Assembly (NCBI GenBank): GCA_011321815.1 | Contig: DROS01000096.1 | Span: 10,750-74,749, forward strand | Source: Gammaproteobacteria bacterium | GTDB lineage: Bacteria > Pseudomonadota > Gammaproteobacteria > SZUA-152 | Reading direction: 5' to 3' | DNA: 64,000 nt | Shown here: positions 18,863 through 30,769 of the stretch, in pieces | How positions within the stretch are numbered: position 1 is the stretch's first letter | How the letters are laid out: each line of letters begins with the position of its first letter | Position numbers and translations under genes: made by a program | The notes under the pieces: model-generated | What the model was told of the DNA's origin: nothing | Database searches by the model: none | What the model saw: the letters and a program-made list of their open reading frames with translations, nothing else

Positions 18863-20140
18863 TTACAATCGGTCATCCACTTTGTCGGCGGGCAAAATAT
18901 GTTTGACGTCGAACAGTACACAGTCATGTTTGCCCAGGGCACGGATTTCATCGGCAGACATGGCTTTAAACTGATCATGGGCCACGGCCAGAATAATGGC
19001 GTCGTATTTTCCCTTCGTCAGTGACGGAATAGGCTGAATGCCATACTCGTGTTCCAGACCATCGGGGTCCACCCAAGGATCGTAAACGTCCACGTTAGCG
19101 TGGTAGGTCTGTAATTCCTCGATGATATCAATGACGCGGGTGTTGCGCAGATCCGGGCAGTTTTCCTTAAAGGTAAAGCCCATTATCAGGATGTTGGCAT
19201 CCACCACATGGATACGATTACGGGTCATGTGTTTTACCACGCGCTCGACAACATGGCTGCCCATGCCGTCGTTAATGCGGCGACCGGCGAGGATCATTTC
19301 TGGCTGGTAGCCGATTTCCTGTGCTTTATGGGTGAGGTAATAAGGATCGACACCGATACAGTGTCCGCCCACCAGTCCGGGCCGGAAGGGGAGGAAATTC
19401 CACTTGGTGCCCGCAGCTTCCAACACCTCAATGGTGTCGATATCCAGTTTGTGAAAGATCAGCGCCAGTTCGTTGACGAGGGCAATATTGACATCCCGTT
19501 GGGTATTTTCAATGACCTTGGCGGCTTCCGCCACTTTAATGGAGCTGGCTTTGTGGGTACCAGCGGTGATGATGCTGGCATATAAGGCGTCCACAAAATC
19601 AGCTGATGCAGGTGTTGATCCGGAAGTGACCTTGAGTATGGTGGTGACCCGGTGTTCTTTGTCGCCGGGGTTGATGCGTTCCGGTGAATAGCCCGCAAAA
19701 AAGTCCTGGTTGAATTTCAGACCGGATTCGGTTTCCAGTATGGGCACACACACCTCTTCGGTGGCGCCAGGGTAAACTGTGGATTCATAGACCACCACAT
19801 CCCCTTTGTTGAGCAGCTTGCCAATGGCGTGGCTGGCGCCAATCAGTGGCGACAGGTCCGGGCGTTTGGCCGAGTCGATGGGCGTGGGAACAGTGACAAT
19901 GTAGACGTTGCAGTCTGCCAGATCGCCCGGGTTGCTTGTGTAAGTGAGCCGGGTGGCAAGCTTAAGCTCATCGGCATCCACTTCCAGAGTGCTGTCCTTG
20001 CCTGCCTGTAACTCGGCCACGCGCGGGGCATTGATATCCAGGCCTTTGGTGGGGTAGTGCTTGCCAAGCTCAACGGCCAGCGGCAAACCAACATAGCCCA
20101 GGCCAATGATGCCAATGCGGGTATCCTTCAAATCAAACAT
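18863..20140 (-). CDS. UDP-N-acetyl-D-hexosamine dehydrogenase (TviB/WbpA/WecC family)
   Basis: The 425-aa product has the '[19 protein letters not shown]' Rossmann motif and the catalytic Cys region 'GGHCIGVDP'. Confidence 0.85.
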   Translation of the reverse strand: MFDLKDTRIGIIGLGYVGLPLAVELGKHYPTKGLDINAPRVAELQAGKDSTLEVDADELKLATRLTYTSNPGDLADCNVYIVTVPTPIDSAKRPDLSPLIGASHAIGKLLNKGDVVVYESTVYPGATEEVCVPILETESGLKFNQDFFAGYSPERINPGDKEHRVTTILKVTSGSTPASADFVDALYASIITAGTHKASSIKVAEAAKVIENTQRDVNIALVNELALIFHKLDIDTIEVLEAAGTKWNFLPFRPGLVGGHCIGVDPYYLTHKAQEIGYQPEMILAGRRINDGMGSHVVERVVKHMTRNRIHVVDANILIMGFTFKENCPDLRNTRVIDIIEELQTYHANVDVYDPWVDPDGLEHEYGIQPIPSLTKGKYDAIILAVAHDQFKAMSADEIRALGKHDCVLFDVKHILPADKVDDRL

Positions 20141-20362
20141 CTGCTCATCCTTTCTATTATTCTAAATATTAGCTGGTTGATGTACCAGGCAGGCATCGTT
20201 ATTTTAACGTTTGCCCGTCTGTTTTCCGATCTGCTGCGTTGTTGTTTTGGTCACATCGTTCATTATGTTCGCCGGCGCAGCCGCCTTGAACACCGGAAAA
20301 CATCCGGCACAAATTGTATTAAAATAGTTACGCCCACCTGCTTTGTTTTTGCGGAGTACTGT

Positions 20363-21685
20363 CTATGGTCGGCCAATACAGTAATAGTTGAAGCCGTCGG
20401 CACGCAGGCGTGTGGGATCGTACAGATTCCGGCCATCAAAAATAGTGGGTTGGCTGAGCCGGGTTTTGATCTGCTCAAAATCCGGGCTGCGGAAAGTGCT
20501 CCATTCGGTCACCACGGCCAGGGCATCGGCGCCGGCCAGAGCCTCTTCCTGGGAATCCACCAGCGTCAGGTCAGCGCGGTTACCGTAGATGCGTTGTGCT
20601 TCATCCATGGCTTCGGGGTCGTAGGCCTGTACTCTGGCGCCGGCTTCCCATAGAGCCTCCATTAAGGCCCGCGAAGGCGCGGCGCGCATGTCATCCGTAT
20701 TGGGTTTGAAGGCCAGCCCCCAGAGCGCGATGGTTTTGCCTGCCAGGCCGCTTCCGAAATGTTGACTGATTTTGTTGAACATTACCTGTTTCTGACGGAG
20801 ATTCACGGCTTCCACAGCGCTGAGCAACTCGGCTTTGTAGCCGATTTCGTTGGCGGTACGTTCCAGTGCCTGCACGTCTTTTGGAAAACAGGAACCACCG
20901 TAGCCACAGCCGGGGTAAATAAAGTGGTAGCCGATGCGCGGGTCGGAGCCAATGCCCAAACGTACATTTTCAATATCGGCACCCAACAGGTCAGCGAGGT
21001 TGGACAGCTCGTTCATAAAGGTGATTTTGGTGGCCAGCATGGCATTGGCCGCATATTTGGTCAGCTCGGCGGAACGGATGTCCATGCTCACCAAACGATC
21101 ATGATTGCGATTGAAGGGCGCGTAAAGTTCGCGTAGCAATTCGGTGGTGCGTGGGTTGTCGGTACCGATGACGATACGGTCAGGCTTCATGAAGTCGTCC
21201 AGTGCTGCGCCTTCCTTGAGAAACTCAGGGTTGGAAACCACATCGAACTCCACATCGCCGCCACGTTTGCCCAGTGCGGCGTTCACGGTTTCCCTGACCT
21301 TGTCAGCCGTGCCCACAGGCACGGTGGATTTGTCTACAATCACCCGGTATTCCGACATATGTTCGCCGATGCTGTTGGCGACAGCCAGCACATATTGCAG
21401 GTCAGCAGAGCCATCTTCGTCGGGTGGGGTACCCACCGCGATGAACTGGAACAGGCCATGGGCCACACCCTCGGCGGCGTCAGTGGTAAAACGCAAGCGG
21501 CCGGAGGCAGTATTTTTGGCAACCAGGGCATCGAGGCCGGGTTCATAAATGGGGATTTCGCCGCGTAACAGCATATCAATTTTGGCGCGGTCGATATCGA
21601 CGCAGAGTACGTCGTTACCGACTTCCGCCAAACAGGTGCCGGTGACCAGGCCGACGTAGCCTGAACCGTAGATGGTGACTTTCAT
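20363..21685 (-). CDS. ugd: UDP-glucose 6-dehydrogenase
   Basis: The 440-aa product has '[16 protein letters not shown]…' and the catalytic 'GGSCFPKD' motif. Confidence 0.9.
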   Translation of the reverse strand: MKVTIYGSGYVGLVTGTCLAEVGNDVLCVDIDRAKIDMLLRGEIPIYEPGLDALVAKNTASGRLRFTTDAAEGVAHGLFQFIAVGTPPDEDGSADLQYVLAVANSIGEHMSEYRVIVDKSTVPVGTADKVRETVNAALGKRGGDVEFDVVSNPEFLKEGAALDDFMKPDRIVIGTDNPRTTELLRELYAPFNRNHDRLVSMDIRSAELTKYAANAMLATKITFMNELSNLADLLGADIENVRLGIGSDPRIGYHFIYPGCGYGGSCFPKDVQALERTANEIGYKAELLSAVEAVNLRQKQVMFNKISQHFGSGLAGKTIALWGLAFKPNTDDMRAAPSRALMEALWEAGARVQAYDPEAMDEAQRIYGNRADLTLVDSQEEALAGADALAVVTEWSTFRSPDFEQIKTRLSQPTIFDGRNLYDPTRLRADGFNYYCIGRP

Positions 21686-22079
21686 GGACTAATAGGCCCC
21701 CTTGGATTGAATTGTTTTATTGTACAGGCTTGTATAAGCGTGCTTGAGCTTGCAATGGGTAATATTGCCCAAACAAGCAGGTTTTCCCAGGCTATTGGCA
21801 GTTTGGTCATTTTTACCACGAATTTTATATGGGTCCGGCGCATTATACGGTTGTAAATGTTTGAAAAATAGTATTTCCGGAATCATGCCGCCAACGCAAT
21901 ATTGGTGATAATTACTTTCCGCTGGTTAGCGTTGAGGAAAGTCACTAGAATGGCTGCCTTGCGGCATAATTCATTCCAAATATATCAAAATGTATACAAT
22001 GAATTGGTTTTTGGCCGCAATTTTCGTTGTGCGACACATATTTCATCGCAGTCTGACAAAAGAAGGATGTTACCAATAA

Positions 22080-23486
22080 GTGGTCAGAATTTTTCGACAA
22101 TATATTCCTATTCCGTTTCTTATACTTGGGTTGGTGGAATTTTTGCTGTTGGTGTCCTCTGTCTACGCGGGGACGAAGTTATGGACTTTACTTGGTTATT
22201 CAGAAATCACCCCGATGGAGGTTTTACCCGTTTGGGCACGGGCGCTTGTATTTGCTTTAGTCGTCCTGCTGGCCCAGATGTCCATGGGACTGTATCAGCG
22301 GCGTCTCCGTTTTGGTCTGGCGGGTATGATATTGCGCATCGGGATCAGTCTTGCGGTAACCGCCGTTGCCTTGACCCTGTTGTATTACATTGTGCCGGGT
22401 CTGCTTTTAGGCCGGGGTGTGCTGGCGTTCAGCTTTTTGACAGCAGCGCTACTGCTTGTTTTTACCCGGTTTCTGTTTGTTCGTTCCATGAATCAGGACC
22501 AGCTTAAGCGGCGGGTTTTGGTGCTGGGTGCGGGCGAAAATGCGGCACAAATTTCACGACAACTCCGACGCAGGGTGGATCAACAAGGGTTTGTGATTGT
22601 CGGCCATGTTCATGTGCGTGGCGAGCATGATGTGGTGGATGAATCCCTGGTGATCCGGCCGGATGTGACACTGTTGACGTTAACCAAAGAATTGAATGTT
22701 GATGAAATCGTGGTTGCCGTTGGTGAAAGACGACGCAAAAGTTTTCCTGTACATGATTTGCTTGATTGTAAATTAAGCGGCATTAACGTGATCGACCTGC
22801 TTGGTTTTTTTGAACGTGAAACTGGAAAGCTGAAGCTGGATATATTAAATCCCAGTTGGATGATTTTTTCTGACGGTTTTAACCAGAGTAAAAGCCTGAA
22901 TGCACAAAAACGTATTTTCGATATTATCGTGAGTTTGCTGCTTTTAGGGATAGCGTGGCCATTCATGCTGCTGGTGGCCATTGCCATAAAAATGGAAGGC
23001 TGGGGGCGGGGATCTATTTTTTATCGGCAGATACGAGTCGGACAGCATTGGCAGTTATTCAATGTTTATAAATTCAGAAGCATGCGTGAAGACGCGGAAG
23101 AGGGCGGTAAGGCTCAATGGGCAAAGCAGAATGATGACCGGGTTACGCGGGTAGGAAAATTTATCCGCAAAACACGGCTTGATGAGCTGCCGCAAATTTT
23201 TAACGTATTAAAAGGCAATATGAGTTTTGTCGGGCCTCGCCCGGAGCGGCCGGAATTTGTCACGCAATTGTCCGAACAAATCCCTTATTTTGCTGAGCGG
23301 CATCGCGTAAAACCCGGTATAACGGGCTGGGCACAGATTTGTTACCCCTACGGCGCTTCCGAAAAAGACTCACTGGAAAAGCTACAGTTTGACCTGTATT
23401 ACATTAAAAACTACAGCCTGTTTCTGGACCTGGTGATTATTTTGCAAACCGCCCACTCAGTTATTGCCGGGAAAGGAGGAAGGTGA
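22080..23486 (+). CDS. Polyprenyl-phosphate sugar phosphotransferase, EPS/PEP-CTERM-locus priming transferase (EpsB/WbaP-like); GTG start
   Basis: The 468-aa product has an N-terminal multi-TM region and a C-terminal bacterial sugar transferase domain (…FYRQIRVG…KFRSM…DELPQ…FVGPRP…). Confidence 0.85.
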   Translation: MVRIFRQYIPIPFLILGLVEFLLLVSSVYAGTKLWTLLGYSEITPMEVLPVWARALVFALVVLLAQMSMGLYQRRLRFGLAGMILRIGISLAVTAVALTLLYYIVPGLLLGRGVLAFSFLTAALLLVFTRFLFVRSMNQDQLKRRVLVLGAGENAAQISRQLRRRVDQQGFVIVGHVHVRGEHDVVDESLVIRPDVTLLTLTKELNVDEIVVAVGERRRKSFPVHDLLDCKLSGINVIDLLGFFERETGKLKLDILNPSWMIFSDGFNQSKSLNAQKRIFDIIVSLLLLGIAWPFMLLVAIAIKMEGWGRGSIFYRQIRVGQHWQLFNVYKFRSMREDAEEGGKAQWAKQNDDRVTRVGKFIRKTRLDELPQIFNVLKGNMSFVGPRPERPEFVTQLSEQIPYFAERHRVKPGITGWAQICYPYGASEKDSLEKLQFDLYYIKNYSLFLDLVIILQTAHSVIAGKGGR

Positions 23487-23521
23487 ACGCAATGAGCAGA
23501 AAAACTGTGCCGAGGCAATAA

Positions 23522-25663
23522 TTGATGGTAGGGGTGGTAACTTTTGGTTACATAGCAGCGGCATTTGCTTTCCTGATGTTGGCCGTGTTGTTGTCTACGG
23601 CCTGGCGTGGTCGGCAGGAAGGCGGAATGTTGTTGTTGGCATCAGTGTTGAGCGCTGTTTGGGCAGGTGGTGCAGCCTACCAGGCCTCGTTAGGGTATTA
23701 CTCCTCGTTTTACATGCTGATCGCCGAAATATTGCGGGATGCAGGCTGGCTGGGTTTTCTTTTGCTGGTCATGGTCAAAGCCCAGCAGCAAAGTATGGTG
23801 CGATCATTATTGTGGATTGGCGGCACCTTGATCGTGATTGTGGTGCTGGTTTTGGGGTACGTGGTTTTGCACGAGCAGGACATCCCGGTTGGAACGGGCT
23901 TTGACCTGCAAATTTTCCTGTTTTTGATGCTGGCGTTGTCAGGCCTGATATTGGTCGAGCAGATATTCAGAAATACCCCGCTGGAATCGCGTTGGACAAT
24001 CAAATATCTTTGCCTTGGGCTGGGGGGGCTTTTTGTTTATGATTTTTACCTGTATTCAGATGCTTTTTTACTGAAAAACCTTGACGAAGAAATCTGGGGG
24101 GCGAGGGGTTATATCAATGCCATTATTATGCCCCTGATTGCCGTCTCCGCAGCGCGTAATCCACAGTGGTCTCTGGATGTTTTTGTGTCGCGGAGTTTTG
24201 TGTTTCATTCCTCGGCGATGATGATGGGAGGGGTATATCTTCTGGCCATGGCGGCTGGTGGCTATTACATAAGAAATGTGGGCGGTGACTGGAGCAGTCT
24301 CGGTCAGCTTGTATTTTTCTTTGGCGCCCCCCTGCTTTTGTTGATCGTGCTGTTTTCCGGGCATATGCGGGCCCGTTTCCGGGTATTTTTAAATAAACAT
24401 TTTTTTAATTATCGTTATGATTATCGTGAAGAATGGTTGCGATTGATTCAAAGCCTGTCGGAAGCACGGCTTGATTCAAATTTAAAAACAACTGTTGTCA
24501 GCGCCATGGCAAAAATCGTGGAAAGTCCCAGTGGCATGTTATGGTTGCAACATGACCCCGGGGAATATCATCTGGAAACTGGCTGGAACATGCCGGATGA
24601 GGTGTCTTTCCAGCAACGCGACAATGTCTCGTTGCTGGATTTCTTATCAAAAAAAAAATGGGTGATTGACCTTGATGAGCTGGCCACAGAGCTGGAATCA
24701 TATCAAGACCTGATTATACCCCCATGGCTGGCACATTTACCCGATGCATGGCTGGTTGTGCCACTTTTTATGGGCGATGAAGTTTCGTTGTCTACTTCCG
24801 GTGAGGGGGCGCCATCTTCTACGGTGCTGGGGTTTATCATATTGGGACGTCCGCGTGCAAAAATGCAGGTTAACTGGGAAGTGCGTGATTTATTATTGAC
24901 CACCGGACGCCAATGTGCAGGATATTTAGCCCTGTTAAAAGCAAATGAAGATCTTGTGGACGCACGGCAATTTGAAGCCTTTAACCGGCTTTCTGCTTAT
25001 ATTGTGCATGATTTAAAAAATATTGTTGCGCAATTGTCTTTGGTTGTTACCAATGCCAAGCGGCATAGTAACAACCCGGATTTTGTAAATGATGCTTTTG
25101 CCACTGTCGAAAATACGGTGGATAAAATGAACCGTATGCTGTCGCAGTTACGTAAAGGACGCATGGACAGCAGCGATCACTCTCAAATTGAGTTAAATAC
25201 CGTTATTGGTGAAGTTGTAAAAAATCATGCGGGGGAACGGCCTGTTCCTGAGTTTATATCGACTGATGACGATATGGTGATTATTGCCAATGAGGATCGT
25301 TTTTCAGTAGTGATAGGTCATTTGATTCAAAACGCACAAGAGGCCACCCCCGATGACGGGTTTGTACGCCTGAGTGTTTGTCGGGAAGGGGGATACGCAC
25401 TTTTGTTGATAAAAGACAACGGTTGTGGAATGGATAAATCTTTTTTACGTGAACGGTTGTTTCGACCATTTGATACAACAAAAGGAAATGCGGGAATGGG
25501 GATTGGTGTATATGAAAGCCGGGAGTTTATTCATAGCCTTGGAGGGCAACTGGATGTACACAGTACAACAGGGGAAGGAACAACATTTTTTATTCGTTTG
25601 AAGCTTGCAAATAATACCAACAAGGCTTCAAACGGGTTGTCATTTTCAACTGTGGATAATTGA
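23522..25663 (+). CDS. prsK: PEP-CTERM system histidine kinase PrsK
   Basis: The 713-aa product has a roughly 10-TM N-terminal half, an H-box 'IVHDLKN' and a HATPase_c G-box region (…DNGCGMD…GMGIGV…). It lies immediately upstream of and overlaps a sigma-54 activator gene, which is the defining PrsK/PrsR context. Confidence 0.8.
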   Translation: MMVGVVTFGYIAAAFAFLMLAVLLSTAWRGRQEGGMLLLASVLSAVWAGGAAYQASLGYYSSFYMLIAEILRDAGWLGFLLLVMVKAQQQSMVRSLLWIGGTLIVIVVLVLGYVVLHEQDIPVGTGFDLQIFLFLMLALSGLILVEQIFRNTPLESRWTIKYLCLGLGGLFVYDFYLYSDAFLLKNLDEEIWGARGYINAIIMPLIAVSAARNPQWSLDVFVSRSFVFHSSAMMMGGVYLLAMAAGGYYIRNVGGDWSSLGQLVFFFGAPLLLLIVLFSGHMRARFRVFLNKHFFNYRYDYREEWLRLIQSLSEARLDSNLKTTVVSAMAKIVESPSGMLWLQHDPGEYHLETGWNMPDEVSFQQRDNVSLLDFLSKKKWVIDLDELATELESYQDLIIPPWLAHLPDAWLVVPLFMGDEVSLSTSGEGAPSSTVLGFIILGRPRAKMQVNWEVRDLLLTTGRQCAGYLALLKANEDLVDARQFEAFNRLSAYIVHDLKNIVAQLSLVVTNAKRHSNNPDFVNDAFATVENTVDKMNRMLSQLRKGRMDSSDHSQIELNTVIGEVVKNHAGERPVPEFISTDDDMVIIANEDRFSVVIGHLIQNAQEATPDDGFVRLSVCREGGYALLLIKDNGCGMDKSFLRERLFRPFDTTKGNAGMGIGVYESREFIHSLGGQLDVHSTTGEGTTFFIRLKLANNTNKASNGLSFSTVDN

Positions 25664-27024
25664 TTATGGGAAAAACTGAAAAATTACGTCCATTACTCGT
25701 TATTGAAGATGATTCAGGGTTGCAAAATCAGTTGCGTTGGTGTTTTGAAGGCTTTGATGTCACTGTTGCCGGTGACAGACAATCCGCCCTGGAGGCTGTT
25801 GAAACATTAGCACCGGCTGTTGTTACACTGGACCTGGGATTGCCGCCGGACCCGGCCAATGCTTCAGAAGGTCTGGCGACGCTGGAAGCAATATTGAGCA
25901 AGGCGCCGTATACCAAGGTCATTGTGGTGACGGGTAACGATGACCGGGAAAATGCGGTAAGTTCTATTGGTATGGGGGCCTATGATTTTTATCAAAAGCC
26001 CATTGAACCAGAGATTCTTTCGCTGATTATTGAGCGCGCTTACACGCTTTATGAGTTGGAGGCCGAGAACCGGCAACTGCTCCAGCAGCCATCATCTCCA
26101 CTCGATGGTGTTATTGCATCCAGCCCAAAAATGCTGAAGTTGTGTCGCATGATAGAAAAAGTGGCCCCTACGAACGCCACGACCTTGCTGCTTGGCGAAA
26201 GCGGAACAGGAAAAGAGGTTTTAGCAAAGGCTTTGCACCAGCTCAGCGCGCGCGGCGATAAAAAATTTGTTGCCATTAATAGCGCCGCAATTCCGGAAAC
26301 CTTGCTGGAAAGTGAATTGTTTGGTTATGAAAAAGGTGCCTTTACCGGCGCCAATAAAACCACCCCCGGCAAGATTGAACTGGCCGAAGGCGGCACATTT
26401 TTTATTGATGAAGTGGGCGATCTGCCACAATCCTTACAGGCGAAAATGTTGCGGTTTCTCCAGGAGCGTGTGGTGGAACGCCTGGGTGGCAGAAAAGAGA
26501 TTCCGGTTGACGTGCGGGTGATTTGTGCGACACATCAGGACTTGCCAGCGTTAATTGATGCAGGGACATTTCGCGAGGACTTGTATTACCGCATCAGTGA
26601 AATCACTCTGGAAATTCCACCAGTGCGTGAACGCGAAGGAGACGTGCTGTTGTTGGCGCGTGTTTTTCTCAACCGTTTTTCCAAAGAAAACAGGAATGTC
26701 TTTAAGGGGTTTTCGGCATCGGCGGTTTCAGCCATGGAAAAATACCCATGGCCCGGCAATGTGCGCGAACTGGAGAATAAAATCAAACGGGCGGTTATTC
26801 TGGCCGAAGGTTCTTTTATCGAGCCGGACGACCTGGGGTTTGTGGATGACGGTGATGATACTCCTGTTCTTTCCGATTTACGGAAAATCAGGGAACAGGC
26901 CGAACGACAGGCTATGCTGCGAGCCCTGGCCATTGCCAATGACAATGTGACTCAGGCCGCTGTTATGCTGAATGTTACCCGGCCCACGTTTTACGATTTG
27001 ATGAAGAAACACAAAATCAAATAA
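25660..27024 (+). CDS. prsR: PEP-CTERM-box response regulator PrsR (NtrC family sigma-54 activator)
   Basis: The product has a receiver domain (…LLVIEDD…), an AAA+ sigma-54 interaction domain (GESGTGKE, 'ESELFGYEKGAFTGA') and a C-terminal helix-turn-helix. Confidence 0.85.
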   Translation: MIMGKTEKLRPLLVIEDDSGLQNQLRWCFEGFDVTVAGDRQSALEAVETLAPAVVTLDLGLPPDPANASEGLATLEAILSKAPYTKVIVVTGNDDRENAVSSIGMGAYDFYQKPIEPEILSLIIERAYTLYELEAENRQLLQQPSSPLDGVIASSPKMLKLCRMIEKVAPTNATTLLLGESGTGKEVLAKALHQLSARGDKKFVAINSAAIPETLLESELFGYEKGAFTGANKTTPGKIELAEGGTFFIDEVGDLPQSLQAKMLRFLQERVVERLGGRKEIPVDVRVICATHQDLPALIDAGTFREDLYYRISEITLEIPPVREREGDVLLLARVFLNRFSKENRNVFKGFSASAVSAMEKYPWPGNVRELENKIKRAVILAEGSFIEPDDLGFVDDGDDTPVLSDLRKIREQAERQAMLRALAIANDNVTQAAVMLNVTRPTFYDLMKKHKIK

Positions 27025-27109
27025 ATGTGGTGCTATTCTCTTCGGGGATTATGGCATCGAAACCAAAAGTTTTTTGTAGCTACCTCTATACAGGACAGGC
27101 ATTCCAATT

Positions 27110-29899
27110 ATGAAAATAAAATTTCCTTTTAAGGGTCGTAGTATAAAGACATTGAGCCTGGTGTTGGTCATGGCGCTAATGCTTGGTTTTCTTGGTGCTT
27201 GTTCCCAAATGAGCAGTGACGAGTATTTGAACGAGGCCCGGAATAACCTGGAGAAAAATGAATTTCAGACCGCTGTCATTAATCTCAAAAATGCCCTTCA
27301 ACAAGACTCCAAAAATGTCCAGGCGCGTTACCTGTTAGGTAAAACCTACGTCAAACTGGGCAATGGAGCAGGGGCGGAGAAGGAGCTTAAAACGGCCCTG
27401 GCTCTTGGGTTGTCATCGGACCAGCTTGTGGTTCCGCTGGCCAAAGCCTATTTGCTGCAAGGAAAATTTAAACCGTTATTGGAAGAACTGAAGCTGGAAT
27501 CAGGCTTTTCAGATCAGCTTCGCGCGGAAATACTGGTACTAAAGGCGCAGGCTCATGTGGCATTGGGTGATGCAGATGCTGCAAATCGTTTATTGGATCG
27601 TGTGCTTGATGCTGACCCGGAGTCAGCGTCGGCGTTGCTGGTGAAAGCCCGTGTCGCCATTATGCAGAAAGACCTGGTGTCGTCTCAACAGGTCATTGAT
27701 GAACTGATCAGCCGGCAGTCAGGTAATCCGGAAACATGGTTAATTGCAGGCGAGATTGCGCGCCTGAAGGGCGATTTTGCCGCCGCCAGGAAAAATTATG
27801 ACAAGGCGCTGGAACTGGAGCCGACGAATGCACCGGCTTTGCTTGGCAAAGCCGGTGCCGATGTTGCATTGGGTGATTTTCAAGCGGCTTTACAAGGCGC
27901 TGACCAGATACAGCAGCAGCCACTCGGAAGCTATGTGCGGGGAGTGATTCTGTACAAACAGGGACAGATGGAAGCAGCGGAACAGGCCCTGCAAAAAGTC
28001 CTCAAAGTGGCTCCGGGACATTTACCCAGCCAGCAAATACTGGGCAGTATCTATTTTGCCGATGGGCGGTTCGAGCAGGCCAGGATCGCTTTGGAGGCAG
28101 TACTTAATGATTTCCCTAATGATCTTGCTGCACGAAAATTGCTTGCAAGCACCTGGTTGAAGCTGGGGCGTCCGGCGTCAGCCATTCAGATGCTGGAAAA
28201 AATACTCCCGGCCAATGAATCAGACTCTCAACTGCTTGCCTTGTTGGGTGGTGCTTACATGCAAAACAAAGACACTGTCAAAGGGACAGAATATCTTGAA
28301 CGTGCAGTGGCTCAGTCACCGAAAAATGCCTTGATTCAGACCCAGGTGGCATTGGGGCGCTTGGCATCCGGAAAAACCACCAAAGCGGTGGAAGCCTTGG
28401 AAACCGCAGTCCAGCTTGGACAGGATGTGTTTCAGGCAGATGTTTTACTGATACTTACTCACTTACGCAGTGGAGCATTTAACAAGGCGCTCGATAAGGC
28501 CCGACAACTGGCACTAAAGCTCCCGGACAGCGCCGTTCCGGACAATCTTGCAGGGGCGGCATATGCGGGCCTTGGTGATGTGTCTGCGGCACGGGAGAGT
28601 TTTGAGCGGGCATTGAAAATCCAGTCTGATTTTGTGCCTGCAATAATGAATCTGGCAAAGCTGGATCAGGCGGCGGGAGATCTCAAGAGTGCCAAGGCCA
28701 GGTTTGAGCAAATCGTGAAGCAGCACAAAGGGCATGTGAAGGCGATACTGGCGCTGGTGGAAATTGCAGAACAGGAAGGAAATCAAGCCGAAGCGGACAA
28801 ATGGCTCAATCAGGCCTGGGAGCAAAATACGGGTGACCTGCAAGTGGGAAGCCTGCTTGTTCAGTACTGGATGGGGCGTCGTGATTTTGTCAAGGCGTTG
28901 GCCATCGCTGAGGAAATGAAGGCGCAACACCCTGAAGATTTTGTGGCGCTCAGAGCCTACGGTTTGGTACAGCTGGCCGCCGGCCAAAAAAATGATGCAT
29001 TGGATACCCTCAACAGTCTTATAAAGCATTATCCCGATGTTGCAGCAGCACACACTCTGCTTGGCAGGGCCTATCTTGCAACCGGCGATTTCACCCTGGC
29101 AGGACGGCACATCAACAAGGCTTTGGATCTGGATGACAGGCTGGTTTCCGCACAGCAGGCACTGGCCCAGTTAGCGTTTCAGAACGGTGATCAGGACAAG
29201 GCAATGCGCATCGCCAAAAAACTTCAAAAGCAACGGCCGGCCCTGACGGTGGGTTATCAGCTGGAAGGCGACCTTCAAATGCGCAGCAAGCGCTTTTCAA
29301 CCGCCGCAAAGACTTATGCCTCGGGTTTTGCCAAGGCCCCCAGTGGTGTGCTGGCGGTAAAACATTTTCAGGCGGAAAAAGCCTATCAGGGTGAGAAGGC
29401 GGATACAGGCCTGTTGCGGGAATGGCTGAAACAAAACCCGCGTGATGTGGCGGTGCGCATGGTTTTGGCGCAGGCCTATACGGGGGCGGCTAAAAAACAG
29501 CAGGCAATATCCCAATACAAAAAAATCCTGGCGTTAAAGCCAAAAAACATGGCCGCGCTTAACAATCTTGCCTGGCTGTTTTATGAAACAGGTAATAACA
29601 AAGATGCACTGGATTATGGCCAAAAAGCGCATAAACAAGCGCCAGACAATCCGGCAGTAACCGACACCTATGGTTGGTTGTTGCTCCAGAATGGAAAATC
29701 GAAGCAAGGGCTGGAGTACTTGCAAAAGGCCTATAAGGGGGCCCCGGATGTCGCGGAAATTCAGTTTCATTATGCGGTGGCGTTGGAGCGCAATGGGCAA
29801 ACGAAAAAGGCGCGAGAGGCGTTTGCGGCGTTATTGGAGAAACACGGTGATTTTCCCCAAGCGGCAGAAGCCAGGGCGCGCCTGTCGAAGTTACGTTAG
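27110..29899 (+). CDS. prsT: PEP-CTERM system TPR-repeat lipoprotein PrsT
   Basis: The 929-aa product has a lipobox 'LGFLGACS' and TPR repeats throughout. It lies immediately downstream of prsK-prsR. Confidence 0.8.
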   Translation: MKIKFPFKGRSIKTLSLVLVMALMLGFLGACSQMSSDEYLNEARNNLEKNEFQTAVINLKNALQQDSKNVQARYLLGKTYVKLGNGAGAEKELKTALALGLSSDQLVVPLAKAYLLQGKFKPLLEELKLESGFSDQLRAEILVLKAQAHVALGDADAANRLLDRVLDADPESASALLVKARVAIMQKDLVSSQQVIDELISRQSGNPETWLIAGEIARLKGDFAAARKNYDKALELEPTNAPALLGKAGADVALGDFQAALQGADQIQQQPLGSYVRGVILYKQGQMEAAEQALQKVLKVAPGHLPSQQILGSIYFADGRFEQARIALEAVLNDFPNDLAARKLLASTWLKLGRPASAIQMLEKILPANESDSQLLALLGGAYMQNKDTVKGTEYLERAVAQSPKNALIQTQVALGRLASGKTTKAVEALETAVQLGQDVFQADVLLILTHLRSGAFNKALDKARQLALKLPDSAVPDNLAGAAYAGLGDVSAARESFERALKIQSDFVPAIMNLAKLDQAAGDLKSAKARFEQIVKQHKGHVKAILALVEIAEQEGNQAEADKWLNQAWEQNTGDLQVGSLLVQYWMGRRDFVKALAIAEEMKAQHPEDFVALRAYGLVQLAAGQKNDALDTLNSLIKHYPDVAAAHTLLGRAYLATGDFTLAGRHINKALDLDDRLVSAQQALAQLAFQNGDQDKAMRIAKKLQKQRPALTVGYQLEGDLQMRSKRFSTAAKTYASGFAKAPSGVLAVKHFQAEKAYQGEKADTGLLREWLKQNPRDVAVRMVLAQAYTGAAKKQQAISQYKKILALKPKNMAALNNLAWLFYETGNNKDALDYGQKAHKQAPDNPAVTDTYGWLLLQNGKSKQGLEYLQKAYKGAPDVAEIQFHYAVALERNGQTKKAREAFAALLEKHGDFPQAAEARARLSKLR

Positions 29900-30139
29900 C
29901 ACACTGTCGGCCCCTTTTGGGGGAGCCAGTGGGGCTGCCCGCTGATTTTGTCAATGGTCATTATACTCAGAAAAATCTCCACAGAATGCAGGTAGTGGAC
30001 AGTATCTATTTCGCAATTTTTGTGGGATTTCTAGTAGAATGGCGGGATGCGCCAAAGCTGGGTCTGCACTAATTATATTGGCACTGTAAGCATATAATAC
30101 CCCGGTACATTACGGCTTCTTATTTTCAGTGAGATATTT

Positions 30140-30769
30140 ATGAAAAAAACGTACGCGAACTGGTCATTTGTATTTTATCTGGTCATTTTCTTTATCGTTT
30201 TGATAAGCGGATGCGCCTCAAAAAAACAACCGACGCTTGATTCTGCAACATATGCCAGCGGGGCGCCGCTGTACATTATCGGCCCGGGTGATAGCGTAAA
30301 TATATTTGTGTGGGGAAATCGTGAATTATCTTCGTCAGTGCCGGTGCGCCCTGATGGCCGGATAACAACACCCCTGGTTGAAGATGTTGTCGCCAGTGGC
30401 AAAACGCCAACCCAATTAGCCAGGGATATGGAAAAGGAGCTTGCGCGCTACATAAAAAATCCAGTGGTCACTGTTACTGTAACCGGCTTTACCGGCCGCT
30501 ACAGTGAGCAAATTCGGGTGATTGGCGCAGCCGCAAAAGCTCAGTCGTTACCTTATAAAGAACACCTGACACTGCTGGATGTGATGATCACGGTGGGAGG
30601 GCTGGCTGAAATTGCGGCTGGCAACAAGGCCACCATTGTACGTGTGGTGGATGGAGAACAGCGGCAATATAATGTGCGACTGGATGATTTGATTCAGGAA
30701 GGGGATATCACTGCTAATGTCGATATGCTTCCGGGAGATGTATTGATCATTCCTGAAGCGTGGTTTTAG
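30140..30769 (+). CDS. Polysaccharide export outer-membrane lipoprotein (Wza/EpsE family)
   Basis: The 209-aa product has a lipobox 'LISGCAS', a Poly_export motif 'YIIGPGDSVNIFVWGN' and a SLBB-like C-terminus. Confidence 0.85.
   Translation: MKKTYANWSFVFYLVIFFIVLISGCASKKQPTLDSATYASGAPLYIIGPGDSVNIFVWGNRELSSSVPVRPDGRITTPLVEDVVASGKTPTQLARDMEKELARYIKNPVVTVTVTGFTGRYSEQIRVIGAAAKAQSLPYKEHLTLLDVMITVGGLAEIAAGNKATIVRVVDGEQRQYNVRLDDLIQEGDITANVDMLPGDVLIIPEAWF

Noticed and set aside
21902-22507. 201-aa plus-strand ORF overlapping the 5' end of the sugar-transferase gene
   Set aside because: It is an out-of-frame overlap with the EpsB-like gene, whose N-terminus '[17 protein letters not shown]' is characteristic. 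The overlapping ORF has no features.
27040-27110. Sigma-54 promoters (GG-N10-GC) upstream of prsT, the Wza-like gene (30060-30140) and the surface-protein gene (43130-43340)
   Set aside because: TGGCA-like strings occur ('tggcatcgaaacc', 'ttggcactgtaagc'), but the spacing to a GC dinucleotide does not fit the -24/-12 consensus. They are not called without a position-weight-matrix scan.
28514-29110. 198-aa minus-strand ORF inside prsT
   Set aside because: It is antisense to a TPR-repeat gene with a continuous 929-aa frame. It has no independent support.
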